Below are positions 15,481 to 26,846 of a DNA stretch of 32,000 nucleotides, in pieces (the stretch's first letter is position 1; the number at the start of each line of letters is the position of its first letter). The notes below the pieces were generated by a model that did no database searches, was not told the DNA's origin, and worked only from the letters and a program-made list of their open reading frames with translations. The stretch covers positions 760,444 to 792,443 of the forward strand of contig PQXB01000001.1 in the NCBI GenBank assembly GCA_003194425.1, written 5' to 3'. This stretch comes from Candidatus Methanophagaceae archaeon (GTDB lineage Archaea > Halobacteriota > Syntropharchaeia > Alkanophagales > Methanospirareceae). The position numbers and the translations under genes were made by a program.

Positions 15481-16973
15481 TACAAATCTCGGATGTCGGT
15501 CAGTCCGAGCTGAATCATTGCGAGCCGCCCGACGCCGAGCCCCCAAGCCAAAACCGGGTGTTTCACGCCCACCGGATTCGTTACCTCCTCCCTGAAAATC
15601 CCTGCACCGCCCAACTCCAACCACCCCCGCTCTGCCACGAAGACCTCGACCTCAACCGACGGCTCGGTGTAGGGGAAGTAGCCGGGTCGGAATCTGACTT
15701 CGGGAAAGCCCATTTTCTTGTAAAACGCTGAGAGGCAGCCCAGCAGGTTGCAGAAAGTCACGCCCTCGTCCAAAACAATTCCTTCCAACTGGTCGAACTC
15801 GGGAATGTGCGTTGCGTCAATCGTCTCGCGGCGGTAAACGCGGTCAATGCAAAAGACTTTAACCGGCGGCTCTGGGTGGTCGGCAAGATATTTTAAAGTA
15901 ACCGCCGTAGTGTGCGTCCTCAAGAGCAGCTCCTCTCCTAACTCCCTCCGCCACGCACCGCCCCAACCCGCGGAATTCAGCGAACCGCCGTGCTCGTGCA
16001 TTTCTTTTACATTTTTTACTAACTCCTCTGGGGCGTCGGTCGGCTGCCTCGCTCCCAAGTAAAAAGTGTCCTGCATCTCGCGTGCGGGGTGGTCTTGCGG
16101 CACGAAGAGGGCGTCGAAGTTCCAGAACGCGGACTGAACGATTTCGCCTTTTATTTCCGCGAAACCCATCTCGGTGAAGATTCGCCGCATCCTGTCCAAA
16201 ATCCGCTGGTAAGGGTGCACCTTCGCAGGAAAAACCTCTTTTGACGGCAGATTTACGTCGTAGCGCTTGAACCTCACGGTTCGCCACGAGCCTGTTCTCA
16301 GGTGCTCGGGCGTGAGCTGTGCGACCTCTTCCTCAACCTCCTCCGCTGAAATGCCTTGCGACAGAACTTCTCTTCCTGCCTCTGTAGCCACTACTTTTCT
16401 CTCCACGCGTGAGTAAGTCTCCAGCAAGTTCCGCGAGACCAACTCCCGCTCTTCAGCCGAGACCACCCTCTCTGCCTCTCCTCCCTCTCCTCTCTCTCCT
16501 CCCTCTTCACTCTCTCCGCCTTTAGCCACAATTTCCAGCAGTTCCTCGTCCGCACCTAAAGGCAACCCCTCCAAGACCTCGGTCGGCACCAAGAACCTCG
16601 CTGCACCCCGCTTTTCAAACCTTGCCCACCTCTTCTTCAGCAGCCAAATTATCGCAATTTTCGCCTCCTGCTCGTCGAACGCGGCTTTGAGCTCTTCAAC
16701 AGTTGCACCCTTCTTTGCTCTCAAGAACTCCAGCGCTCTCCGCTCCGGCAGCCCTTTCTCCGCGTACTCTCTCCCCTCCGCGGTTAAACGACAAAACTCC
16801 TTCTTCTCCTCCTGCACCTCGCAAAGCCTCTTCTGAGCGAGGAAAAACGCGGTCTGCATCACCGCGTCCTCGTTCACGCCTGTCTTCTCGGAGAGACTCC
16901 TTTGGTCGCAGACCTCCCCCTCACCAAGAGCCAGCAGAACTCTCTTCTCGCTCGCAGTCAATTCTTCTTTCAT
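15429..16973 (-). CDS. pheS: Phenylalanine--tRNA ligase alpha subunit
   Basis: 514 aa. Class II motifs are HPYQRILDRMRRIFTEMGF, FVPQDHPAREMQDTFYL and GLGVGRLAMIQLGLTDIRDLY. Insert GGESEEGGERGEGGEAER. ATGA overlap with the hisB stop. Confidence 0.92.
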   Translation of the reverse strand: MKEELTASEKRVLLALGEGEVCDQRSLSEKTGVNEDAVMQTAFFLAQKRLCEVQEEKKEFCRLTAEGREYAEKGLPERRALEFLRAKKGATVEELKAAFDEQEAKIAIIWLLKKRWARFEKRGAARFLVPTEVLEGLPLGADEELLEIVAKGGESEEGGERGEGGEAERVVSAEERELVSRNLLETYSRVERKVVATEAGREVLSQGISAEEVEEEVAQLTPEHLRTGSWRTVRFKRYDVNLPSKEVFPAKVHPYQRILDRMRRIFTEMGFAEIKGEIVQSAFWNFDALFVPQDHPAREMQDTFYLGARQPTDAPEELVKNVKEMHEHGGSLNSAGWGGAWRRELGEELLLRTHTTAVTLKYLADHPEPPVKVFCIDRVYRRETIDATHIPEFDQLEGIVLDEGVTFCNLLGCLSAFYKKMGFPEVRFRPGYFPYTEPSVEVEVFVAERGWLELGGAGIFREEVTNPVGVKHPVLAWGLGVGRLAMIQLGLTDIRDLYQPDIDWLRRARVRARV

Positions 16974-17581
16974 TTTCTCCCTTCCCTTCTCGCCTCCAGC
17001 CTCGTAGCGTGGTCTAACGCAATTCCCAAGGCTTTAAAAATCGCCTCTACTTTGTGGTGCTCGTTTTCGCCCTTTGCAGAGAGGTGGAGGGTGAAGTTTG
17101 CGTGAGTTGCGAAGGAGTGGAAGAAATGAGGAATGTCTTCGGTGCAAAAATCTTCTACTCGCTCTCTACCAAACTCCGCCTCGAAGACGGAGTAGCTTCG
17201 CCCTTCTCCGCCGATGCCACCAATGTCCACTGCGCACCTTGCGAGCGACTCGTCCATCGGCACGGCGGCAGAGCCAAACCGCACACTCCTCTCTCGTCCA
17301 CTCTCTCCAGATCCAGCACTCTGACCTCCAAGTGCTTTTTTAAACGCCTTGCCCAGCACGATCGCAGTGTCTTCAACGATGTGGTGGCTCAAGTCCCCCT
17401 CTGCCCGCACGACCAAGTCAAAAAACCCGTGCCTCGAAAATGCAGCGAGCATGTGGTCAAGGAATTTTATCGTCGTGCTTACCTCGTGCCTTCCAACGCC
17501 GTCAAGGTTCAATTCCACCTCAACCTCCGTCTCCTCGGTCTTCCGTTTTACGCCCGCTGTTCTCATTTTTTTCGCCGCCAC
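16970..17581 (-). CDS. hisB: Imidazoleglycerol-phosphate dehydratase
   Basis: RKTEETEVEVELNLDG, FLDHMLAAFSRHGFFDL, GDLSHHIVEDTAIVLGKAF, ENEHHKVEAIFKALG. Confidence 0.92.
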   Translation of the reverse strand: MAAKKMRTAGVKRKTEETEVEVELNLDGVGRHEVSTTIKFLDHMLAAFSRHGFFDLVVRAEGDLSHHIVEDTAIVLGKAFKKALGGQSAGSGESGRERSVRFGSAAVPMDESLARCAVDIGGIGGEGRSYSVFEAEFGRERVEDFCTEDIPHFFHSFATHANFTLHLSAKGENEHHKVEAIFKALGIALDHATRLEARREGRK

Positions 17582-17615
17582 CCACCCCGCGTTCTCTTCT
17601 ACGCCTGCTTTTTCC

Positions 17616-18233
17616 CTATTCCTCTTCCTCTCTCTTTAATTTCACCACTTTAAAGCCTGGTACAGGTGCGTCTCCCAACACCTCCAAAATCGTGCACCTC
17701 TCCCCCTTTTTTAGACCCAACGGGTTGCACAATTCAAATAACTCGTACTCCCCTTCTTCTCCTCCTCCTTCCCCCTCTCCTCCTCCTTCCCCCTCTCCTC
17801 CTCTCTCACCTTCCGCCTCTCCCTCCCTCTCTCCTTCTTCCGCTTTACCGCTGCCACGCAGAGCAGTCGGCTCAAAAATAATCTTGGAACCCTTCAAAGC
17901 ACGCTTCGCCTCTACCAACGCTTTTACCGCCGGCTCCCTTACCTCCACAACTCGCACACCGTCCTCGTGAACCTCGCAGTCGTGCTTTATTTCTTCTCTC
18001 ACCTTCTCAACCAAGTACCTCCTGCCAACCTCAAGGTTCGTGCAAGAGTTTTTCAACTTACACTGCCTGCACTTCTCAGCAGCCCCTAAAAACACGAACT
18101 CCTCGCCCACCTTCGCTAACTTGCTGCCAACTAAGGTCACGATTTTTTCGTCTTCGTCTTTCTCTTTTCCGTTCTCTTTTTTTCCCTTCTCAGCTTTCGC
18201 GTCCCCTCTTAGCCTGTTCCACAGTCCGTGCAT
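17616..18233 (-). CDS. UPF0179-family protein with a large G/E insert
   Basis: IVTLVGSKLAKVGEEFVFLGAAEKCRQCKLKNSCTNLEVGRRYLVEKVRE..CEVHEDGVRVVEV matches my recollection of UPF0179. A GTG at 18140 would give the family-typical N-terminus MTLVG. The 40-aa insert is GKAEEGEREGEAEGERGGEGEGGGEGEGGGEEGE. Confidence 0.65.
   Translation of the reverse strand: MHGLWNRLRGDAKAEKGKKENGKEKDEDEKIVTLVGSKLAKVGEEFVFLGAAEKCRQCKLKNSCTNLEVGRRYLVEKVREEIKHDCEVHEDGVRVVEVREPAVKALVEAKRALKGSKIIFEPTALRGSGKAEEGEREGEAEGERGGEGEGGGEGEGGGEEGEYELFELCNPLGLKKGERCTILEVLGDAPVPGFKVVKLKREEEE
17761..17796. repeat. In-frame 18-bp tandem repeat x2 (CCTCCTCCTTCCCCCTCT) inside the UPF0179 gene
   Basis: Positions 17761-17778 equal 17779-17796 exactly. 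Degenerate copies continue on both sides. Confidence 0.95.
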
Positions 18234-18278
18234 TTTATTTTAGTTTAGAACTCTCTTCTTTCTATTTATTTGTTAATT

Positions 18279-18307
18279 GTTTGTTAGTCAAGTAGTTGGT
18301 CAGTCAA
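18279..18307. repeat. Imperfect duplication spanning the egsA stop (minus strand TTGACTGACCAAC / TTGACTAACAAAC, period 16)
   Basis: 11 of 13 positions are identical. One copy contains the TGA and the other a TAA. Confidence 0.6.
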
Positions 18308-19448
18308 TTACGCCCGTAGCCACTGCGAGCCGTTCTGCAGCCTCAGAAGTGAGCCCCGAGTCGCCCAAGATTGTGTAGCGGGCAGGGTTAATTTTGTGTG
18401 CCAAGGTCAGTGCAGCGATTACAAACTCGTCTTTCACGCCCAGCTCTTTTGCAGTCGTCGGCGCACCGATTTCTTTCAGCGTCTCTCGGATTCGTCGCCA
18501 GTTCTCGCCGTACAGGTAAGACATCATTATTGTGCCGACGCCACACTGCTCGCCGTGCAGAGCACGCGCAGCCGAGTTCTCCACAAGTCGGTCAAGGGCG
18601 TGGCTGAATTTGTGCTCGGAGCCGGAGGCGGGGGCGGAGGTGCCGGCGATGCTAATTGCGACACCGCTGGAGACCAACGCCTTTAGCACTGTCCAGGCGG
18701 ACTGCTCGTCTTTTACGCTGATTTCCTTGACTCTCTCAATTACCATTTCAGCAGTCTTTTCAGAGAGGGCCGCGGCGGAACTGCTGAACTCCGCGTTCCT
18801 CAGGCGTCGTGCAAGCTGCCAGTCCCGCACCGCGGTGTAATTTGCGAGCAGGTCTCCGCAGCCGGCAGCGGTAAAGCGGAAGGGCGCCGAAGAAATTATC
18901 TCGGTGTCTGCGACGACTGCGAGCGGTGCGTCTGCCTGCACTGAGAAGGAAGTGCCTCCGTCCTCGCCCTCGCCTTCACCCTTGCCCTTGCCTTCACCCT
19001 TGCCCTTGCCTTTTACCGAGGCTCTTGGCGAGGCGATTCCGTCGTGCGAGGCAATTGTAGGCACAGAGACGAAAGGAACGCCGAGCTCAAACGAGGCTAT
19101 TTTCGCGGTGTCAATTACGCTGCCCCCTCCCACGCCGAGCAGGAACTTCGCTCTGGCTTTGGCTCCGACTCTGGCTCGGGTCTCTTTCACTTGCTCTACG
19201 ACCCTTTCTACGCTCTCTCTGCTTATTCCCGGCACCTCCACCAACTTGACTTCGTAACCCGCGTCGGACAAAATCTCAACCACCCGCTCGCCTGCTACTT
19301 TTCTCGTGTAGTGTGACCCTGTAACGACAACCGCCTCCTTCTCCACACCCAAGTGCCTGCAGACCGTGCTGATTTCGTCAAGGACGCCGTGCCCAACTAA
19401 GACCTCTCGAGGCAGTTGCGTCCATTTCACCTTCTTAAATCTTTGCAT
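18300..19448 (-). CDS. egsA: Glycerol-1-phosphate dehydrogenase [NAD(P)+]
   Basis: Start set at MQRFKKVKWTQLPREVLVGHG (ATG 19448, 2 nt after the upstream stop). The ORF-track extension to 19601 is R-rich and overlaps the Memo-like gene. Motifs GVGGGSVIDTAKIAS and SHDGIASPRAS are present. The insert is KGKGKGEGKGKGEGEGEDGG. Confidence 0.88.
   Translation of the reverse strand: MQRFKKVKWTQLPREVLVGHGVLDEISTVCRHLGVEKEAVVVTGSHYTRKVAGERVVEILSDAGYEVKLVEVPGISRESVERVVEQVKETRARVGAKARAKFLLGVGGGSVIDTAKIASFELGVPFVSVPTIASHDGIASPRASVKGKGKGEGKGKGEGEGEDGGTSFSVQADAPLAVVADTEIISSAPFRFTAAGCGDLLANYTAVRDWQLARRLRNAEFSSSAAALSEKTAEMVIERVKEISVKDEQSAWTVLKALVSSGVAISIAGTSAPASGSEHKFSHALDRLVENSAARALHGEQCGVGTIMMSYLYGENWRRIRETLKEIGAPTTAKELGVKDEFVIAALTLAHKINPARYTILGDSGLTSEAAERLAVATGVID
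18972..19007. repeat. In-frame 18-bp tandem repeat x2 (GCCTTCACCCTTGCCCTT; encodes KGKGEG) inside egsA
   Basis: Positions 18972-18989 equal 18990-19007 exactly. Confidence 0.95.
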
Positions 19449-19450
19449 TT

Positions 19451-20308
19451 CTATTTGAAAATTACGACACCGCCGTACCCGACGACGTTGGATTTGTCGC
19501 CAGTAGCGTCCCCGCTCGTTGCGTATTTTACAAGTTCGCCTGTAGTTGCGCCGAGTTTCTTCGCTGCGTGCAGCATTGCCGCGATCGGACCAACGCCGCA
19601 CGCCGTCACATTTCGCTCGTACACCCTCTTGTAGAACTTCGGGACGTCCAACTCGGTCACCGCCTCAATCACATATTTGTCCTTCTCCCTCGCTACTCGG
19701 TCGGGTTCGTAGTGCGTGAAATCCGAAGACGCAACCACAACTATTTTTTTGTTTTCGCTAAATTCAGCAACCGTCTCAACCGCCTCCGCCAAGTCTTCCC
19801 CGACCTCTCTCACCGTCTCCTCGTCGCTTAAGCCAACGCAGACAGGAACAAACTGGAATTTCTTGCCGAACAGGAACTGCAGAAACGGGAGTTGTACTTC
19901 TACAGAATGCTCGTACTTGTGCGCGGTCTCGTCCAAATCAATAATTCGCTTCGGCAGTGCGTCCACAAAGGCTCTGTCCACCTCGACTTCGCCCAACGGC
20001 GTTACCCAAGTCTCGGTCGAGACTGCGACAGGTGAGCCCAAGCCGTGGTGGTTGGGACCAAGAATGACGAAAGTGTAGGTCGTCTCAGTCTCTGTGTTTG
20101 GCAGTTTGGCGTAGACCGCTGCCGCTACGCTGCCTGAGTAAAAATACCCCGCGTGCGGGACTACTGCTCCGAGAACGCCCGCTCTCTCTCTTTTTACTTC
20201 TCTTTCTTTCTCCGCCCTTACTACACCTGCAAAGCATTCTTTCAGCTGCGCCTCCAGCCTGTCCTTCTCCGCTTCGTAAAAACCCCCTGCTACCGCCGGT
20301 CTTCTCAT
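19451..20308 (-). CDS. MEMO1-family protein (AmmeMemoRadiSam system protein B-like)
   Basis: MRRPAVAGGFYEAEKDRLEAQLKECF and GAVVPHAGYFYSGSVAAAVY. 285 aa. Confidence 0.8.
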   Translation of the reverse strand: MRRPAVAGGFYEAEKDRLEAQLKECFAGVVRAEKEREVKRERAGVLGAVVPHAGYFYSGSVAAAVYAKLPNTETETTYTFVILGPNHHGLGSPVAVSTETWVTPLGEVEVDRAFVDALPKRIIDLDETAHKYEHSVEVQLPFLQFLFGKKFQFVPVCVGLSDEETVREVGEDLAEAVETVAEFSENKKIVVVASSDFTHYEPDRVAREKDKYVIEAVTELDVPKFYKRVYERNVTACGVGPIAAMLHAAKKLGATTGELVKYATSGDATGDKSNVVGYGGVVIFK

Positions 20309-21060
20309 TCGTATATTTCCGCCTCAAAATCCTCCACGCTGTAACCGAACACGAACTCCTCCTCTTCTCCTTCTCGGCGGTGCCGCTCTCTCAACACCTC
20401 CCGAGCAAGCAGCCAGTAGACGGTGGCAAGTGCTTTTCTGCCGTGGTTGTTCGTAGGAATGACGAAGTCCACGTTGGTGGTTGAGTTGTTGGTGTCGCAG
20501 AGAGCCAGGATTGGAATGCCCGTGCTCACGCCCTCGAGCAACGCTTGCGCATCCGTCATCGGGTCGGTCACGACCAAAATCGCAGGCTCACGGAAATATT
20601 CCGAGCCGGGGTTTGTTAAAGTGCCGGGGATAAATCGCTCGACTATTGACGCTGCTCCCGTCGCCTCGGCGAACCTGCTCACGGGGTGGTGTCCGTACTC
20701 CCGCGCCGAGACGACCAAGACCGAAGAAGGCTCATAATTCGCCAAGAACCTTGCAGCAATCAACAGCCTTGCATCAATTTTTTCTACATCCAGCAAATAC
20801 AGCCCGTCCGGTCTTGTTTGGTAAATAAATCGCTTCATATCGCCGGTTTTTTGCTGCGTTCCGATGTGGACGCCGTTTAAGAAGTAAGTCTCACTCGGCA
20901 GTAGCACCGTCTTTTCGGTTCCTGCTCTTGCTCCTACTCCTCTTTCTCCCCCTACTCCTCTTTCTTTCTTTTCTGCTCTTTCTCTCTCCTCTCCACCTTC
21001 GTCCTCCTTCTCCCTCTCCTCTCCTTCCTCTTCTGCCATCATTTCTTTATCTTCGTTCAT
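20305..21060 (-). CDS. rps2: 30S ribosomal protein S2 (uS2) with an acidic/G-rich N-terminal extension
   Basis: GVHIGTQQKTGDMKRFIYQTRPDGLYLLDVEKIDARL...AILVVTDP. About 45 aa of low-complexity N-terminus makes the start uncertain. Confidence 0.88.
   Translation of the reverse strand: MNEDKEMMAEEEGEEREKEDEGGEERERAEKKERGVGGERGVGARAGTEKTVLLPSETYFLNGVHIGTQQKTGDMKRFIYQTRPDGLYLLDVEKIDARLLIAARFLANYEPSSVLVVSAREYGHHPVSRFAEATGAASIVERFIPGTLTNPGSEYFREPAILVVTDPMTDAQALLEGVSTGIPILALCDTNNSTTNVDFVIPTNNHGRKALATVYWLLAREVLRERHRREGEEEEFVFGYSVEDFEAEIYE
20929..20964. repeat. In-frame 18-bp tandem repeat x2 in the rps2 N-terminal extension (encodes ERGVGG ERGVGA)
   Basis: TGCTCCTACTCCTCTTTC / TCCCCCTACTCCTCTTTC, read directly. 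Confidence 0.9.
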
Positions 21061-21071
21061 TTTTCAATTTT

Positions 21072-23917
<2,846 letters not shown>

Positions 23918-24100
23918 ACCTTTTTAAGAGGAACGAGTCAAAAAAGGGCGAGGGCAGAAGAAGAAAAGAGAGGAGAACAAAAAAGCAGGAGGTGAAAAAA
24001 GAAAAAATGAAAACCAAACCAGACTCATTTTTACCTGTATTTATTTTTTATGAAGAAGCAGGCAGGAGAGACACGGGTTTAGCTTTCTTTTTAGCCTGGC

Positions 24101-24110
24101 TTTAATTATA
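24101..24110 (+). promoter_or_regulatory. Candidate TATA box (TTTAATTATA) for the chaperonin-like gene
   Basis: Centred about 38 nt upstream of the ATG at 24143. GAAAGGAAA lies just before the start. This is a position-only argument. Confidence 0.4.
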
Positions 24111-24142
24111 CAAAAACAAAGTTGTAACGGGAAGAAAGGAAA

Positions 24143-25951
24143 ATGACGATAAAGGAGGAGTTGCCGCCGGGGGAAGTCTCGCCAGAGGAGATTCAGGAGG
24201 CGAATGTAGAGGTTTCTGCGGCGTTTTCTGAAATGTTCAAGCCTGTTCTCGGTCCGTTTGGATCGAAGATTTTGGTGTCGCAAGGAGCAACGAAGGTGGA
24301 GGCTGCAGACCTCGTCTCGAGCAACGCGCTCAGCCTGGTGAAGGAATTGAAATACCAGCACCCCACCGCGGAGATTTTGATAAACGCGGGTTTAACGCAG
24401 GGAGAGCGGGTGGGGGACGGCGTTGCTACAGTGATGATTTTGACCGGCGAGTTAGTGCGGCGGGGTTTTGAGCTGAAGAACGCGGGTGTGCATCAGAACA
24501 CGGTGGTGAAGGGCTACGAGCAGTCGCTGGCGTTCGTGAAAACGGTTTTGGACGAGACAGCGACTGCAGTTGCTGTGCGAGGGGTAGGAGGAGAAGGCGA
24601 CGAGATTTTGAGGTGCGTGGCGAGGACGGCGTTAAAGAGCGGTGCGTTCTGCGAAGAAGACGAGTTGGCGGAGGTAGTGGTAGAGAGCGTAAAACGAGTA
24701 AGCGAGGGCGAGGAGGGTGCCGTCGGTAGCGGTAAAATAGATGTGGACGATGTGGCGATCGAGACGAAGAGCGGGAGCAGAGTGAGAGAGACGAGATTTG
24801 TAGAGGGCGTTGTCGTGGACCGGGCAGTTCTGGACGCTCTTCCTACGGAAATTGAGAATGCGAGGGTGGCACTCCTCGACTTCTCGCTCGAGCACAAGGA
24901 GCCGAAGGTGAAGGGGCGGAAGGAACTCCCGACCGGGACAGGTGCAAGAGAACGGAGTAAGGCTGGAGAGACGCTCGGAGCACTTGATTTTCATGTGAAA
25001 TTCTCAAAGCCTGCACACTTCCGCGAGTTCCGCGAGACGAGGGCGAGGCTCTTCGACGAGATCGTAGACCCTGTTGTGAAGTCGGGTGCAAACGTGGTCT
25101 GCTGTCGCTGGGGTGTGGACGACGAGGCACTGCGTAAGTTCCGCGACGCCGGAATAATGCTGATAAAACGCGTGAAATTGACGGATTTACGGCGGCTGGA
25201 ACGGTCGACAGGCGGTAAAATCGTGAAAGATGTCAGCGACTTGAGCGCTGAGAAATTCGGGTTTGCAGGAAGGGTAGTGCAGCGAGAAATCGGCGGAAGT
25301 GGCGAGAAGGATAAATTCGTCTTCTTTGAGGACTGCAAGCACAAGCGGTCGGCGACGATAATTTTGCGTGGCAGCTCGCTCCGAGTTTTAGAAGGGCTCG
25401 TTGGCGAAGTAAAGAGCGCCCTGCACTCCGTTGCACAGCTCTTTAAGGACAACCGCGTGGTGCCGGGGGGAGGTGCTGTTGAGACCGAGTGCGCGGTTCG
25501 GTTGAGGAAGTTTGCGAGGACAGTAGCGGGCAAGGAGCAGTTGGCGATTGAGGCGTTCGCCGACGCTCTTGAGTCCGTTCCGCGGGCGTTAGCGAAGAAC
25601 TGCGGGCTTGACCAAATTGACACTCTCGCAAGGCTGAGGGCAGAGCACTTCAAGGGCAACAAGAACGCAGGCGTCTCGGGAGCAGGGGGCGAGAAGTGCG
25701 TAAGGCAGGACGTCGTGGCGGAGGCGGGAATTTTAGACCCCCTCCGAGTGAAACAGCAGGCGTTCGTCTCTGCTACCGAAGCGGCTGTAGGAATGATGAA
25801 AATTGACGACCTGCACATCGCGAAGAGTGCAGTTAGGGAAGAGGCAGAGGACATTGAGACGCGAATTGTGGGTAGAACGCGGGAATTGATCGAGACCGAA
25901 AGGCGACCTGAGGAGTTTAAATATGTTAAGGGCGGGCGGGTGAAGTACTAA
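24143..25951 (+). CDS. Divergent group II chaperonin (thermosome/CCT family) paralogue
   Basis: Family blocks QHPTAEILINAGLTQGERVGDGVATVMILTGEL, TIILRGSS, VPGGGAVE and ILDPLRVKQQAFVSATEAAVGMMKIDDL. At 602 aa it is longer than a typical thermosome subunit and lacks a GGM tail. Confidence 0.75.
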   Translation: MTIKEELPPGEVSPEEIQEANVEVSAAFSEMFKPVLGPFGSKILVSQGATKVEAADLVSSNALSLVKELKYQHPTAEILINAGLTQGERVGDGVATVMILTGELVRRGFELKNAGVHQNTVVKGYEQSLAFVKTVLDETATAVAVRGVGGEGDEILRCVARTALKSGAFCEEDELAEVVVESVKRVSEGEEGAVGSGKIDVDDVAIETKSGSRVRETRFVEGVVVDRAVLDALPTEIENARVALLDFSLEHKEPKVKGRKELPTGTGARERSKAGETLGALDFHVKFSKPAHFREFRETRARLFDEIVDPVVKSGANVVCCRWGVDDEALRKFRDAGIMLIKRVKLTDLRRLERSTGGKIVKDVSDLSAEKFGFAGRVVQREIGGSGEKDKFVFFEDCKHKRSATIILRGSSLRVLEGLVGEVKSALHSVAQLFKDNRVVPGGGAVETECAVRLRKFARTVAGKEQLAIEAFADALESVPRALAKNCGLDQIDTLARLRAEHFKGNKNAGVSGAGGEKCVRQDVVAEAGILDPLRVKQQAFVSATEAAVGMMKIDDLHIAKSAVREEAEDIETRIVGRTRELIETERRPEEFKYVKGGRVKY

Positions 25952-25971
25952 AACTAAAACCTTCAAAACCT
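25948..25971. repeat. Stop-codon microrepeats filling the convergent chaperonin/hemD spacer (CTAAAA x2; minus strand AGGTTTTGA/AGGTTTTAG)
   Basis: The plus strand reads TAC TAA AAC TAA. The minus strand reads AGG TTT TGA AGG TTT TAG TTT TAG. Confidence 0.85.
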
Positions 25972-26799
25972 TCTCTTCAATGCCTCCAGAACGCCCTCAA
26001 AAGTGCTTCGCCCCGCAACCAAATCCACCCGCACACCTTCCTCTGAAATGCTCTCGGCGGTCAAGTCCCCAATCGCAACAACCTTCGCCCGCTCCAAAAC
26101 CGCCAAGACCTCCCTTCTCAACCCCTCCTCCAACCGCTCTGCAAGCCCAAAAAATGTCTTGAAGGTTAGCGAACTCGTGAAGACGACAAAGTCCGGGTTG
26201 TAGGCTACGAGCGCCGAAAATCGCTCCTTCTCCTCTCCTCCCTCCCCCCAGTCCTTCACTGCCACTTTGTACACCGAAATGTCGCGCACGAAAGCACCCC
26301 TTCCGCGCAGGAACTCCAAAATCTCCCGCCCGCCCGCCGAACTTCGCAAAAAAACAATTTTCTTGCCACCCACCTCAACACCGCCTCGTTCCTCAATCAG
26401 CCGCATTAGCCCTCTCGCACTGTACTCCTCGGGGGGCATAAAATCCACCCGCACTCCCCGCCGCTCAAGTTCCGCCCTCGTGACCGGACCAATTGCCCAG
26501 ACCTCGACACCGCCGTCCAAAAGCCTGCCTTTCAAGTCAAATTTACCTTCGCAGAGGCTAAACGCTTTCTTTACGCCGTTCAAACTCGTGAAAACGACTG
26601 CGTCCACTCCCACTCCCTTTCCACCCTCAAAATCTCCCTTTCCGCCCTCAAAAGCCCCCTTCACCTCCTTCAACGCCTCCTGCCGCTCTACCAGCTCAAA
26701 CACAGGAAACCCGAAGAAGTCAAAGCCGTGCCTCTCTGCCTCCTCTTTCGACCGCTCAAGCACGCTCTCGGGCCGAAAAGCCGCTACCCTCTTTCTCAC
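25963..26799 (-). CDS. hemD: Uroporphyrinogen-III synthase
   Basis: 278 aa, GTG start. Two-lobed HEM4 pattern with VVFTSLNGVKKAF and DFVVFTSSLTFKTFF. Insert GAFEGGKGDFEGGKGVG. Confidence 0.78.
   Translation of the reverse strand: MRKRVAAFRPESVLERSKEEAERHGFDFFGFPVFELVERQEALKEVKGAFEGGKGDFEGGKGVGVDAVVFTSLNGVKKAFSLCEGKFDLKGRLLDGGVEVWAIGPVTRAELERRGVRVDFMPPEEYSARGLMRLIEERGGVEVGGKKIVFLRSSAGGREILEFLRGRGAFVRDISVYKVAVKDWGEGGEEKERFSALVAYNPDFVVFTSSLTFKTFFGLAERLEEGLRREVLAVLERAKVVAIGDLTAESISEEGVRVDLVAGRSTFEGVLEALKRRF
26614..26655. repeat. In-frame 21-bp tandem repeat x2 inside hemD (encodes FEGGKGD FEGGKGV)
   Basis: CTCCCTTTCCACCCTCAAAAT / CTCCCTTTCCGCCCTCAAAAG. Confidence 0.9.
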
Positions 26800-26802
26800 A
26801 GC

Positions 26803-26826
26803 AAAAAAAGAAAAAAAGAAAAAGAA
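26803..26826 (-). terminator. Oligo-T tract (minus strand) downstream of hsp20
   Basis: The minus strand reads TTCTTTTTCTTTTTTTCTTTTTTTGC within 45 nt of the hsp20 stop. Archaeal termination typically uses oligo-T. The tract also lies just upstream of the hemD GTG, so its role is ambiguous. Confidence 0.35.
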
Positions 26827-26846
26827 CGAGGAGAAATTAAATTGTT

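Noticed and set aside
17440-17970. A 176-aa P/S-rich ORF. Similar long ORFs lie antisense to real genes: 8396-8845, 9156-9800, 22714-23424, 24991-25854, 26267-26908.
   Set aside because: They lie opposite well-supported conserved genes. Their proline/serine-rich composition is the reverse complement of GA-rich sense codons, which rarely yields stops. They show no start context or family resemblance.
19449-19601. N-terminal 51-aa extension of the egsA ORF (MRRWSDRGNAARSEE...).
   Set aside because: It overlaps the 3' end of the Memo-like gene and is R-rich with no family counterpart. The ATG at 19448 gives a canonical EgsA N-terminus directly after the upstream stop.
23918-24142. A possible small gene or ncRNA in the purine-rich 225-bp ligA/chaperonin spacer.
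   Set aside because: There is no ORF with a start and RBS and no recognisable RNA fold by eye. The composition matches the GA-rich spacer material seen elsewhere, and a TATA-like box accounts for part of it.
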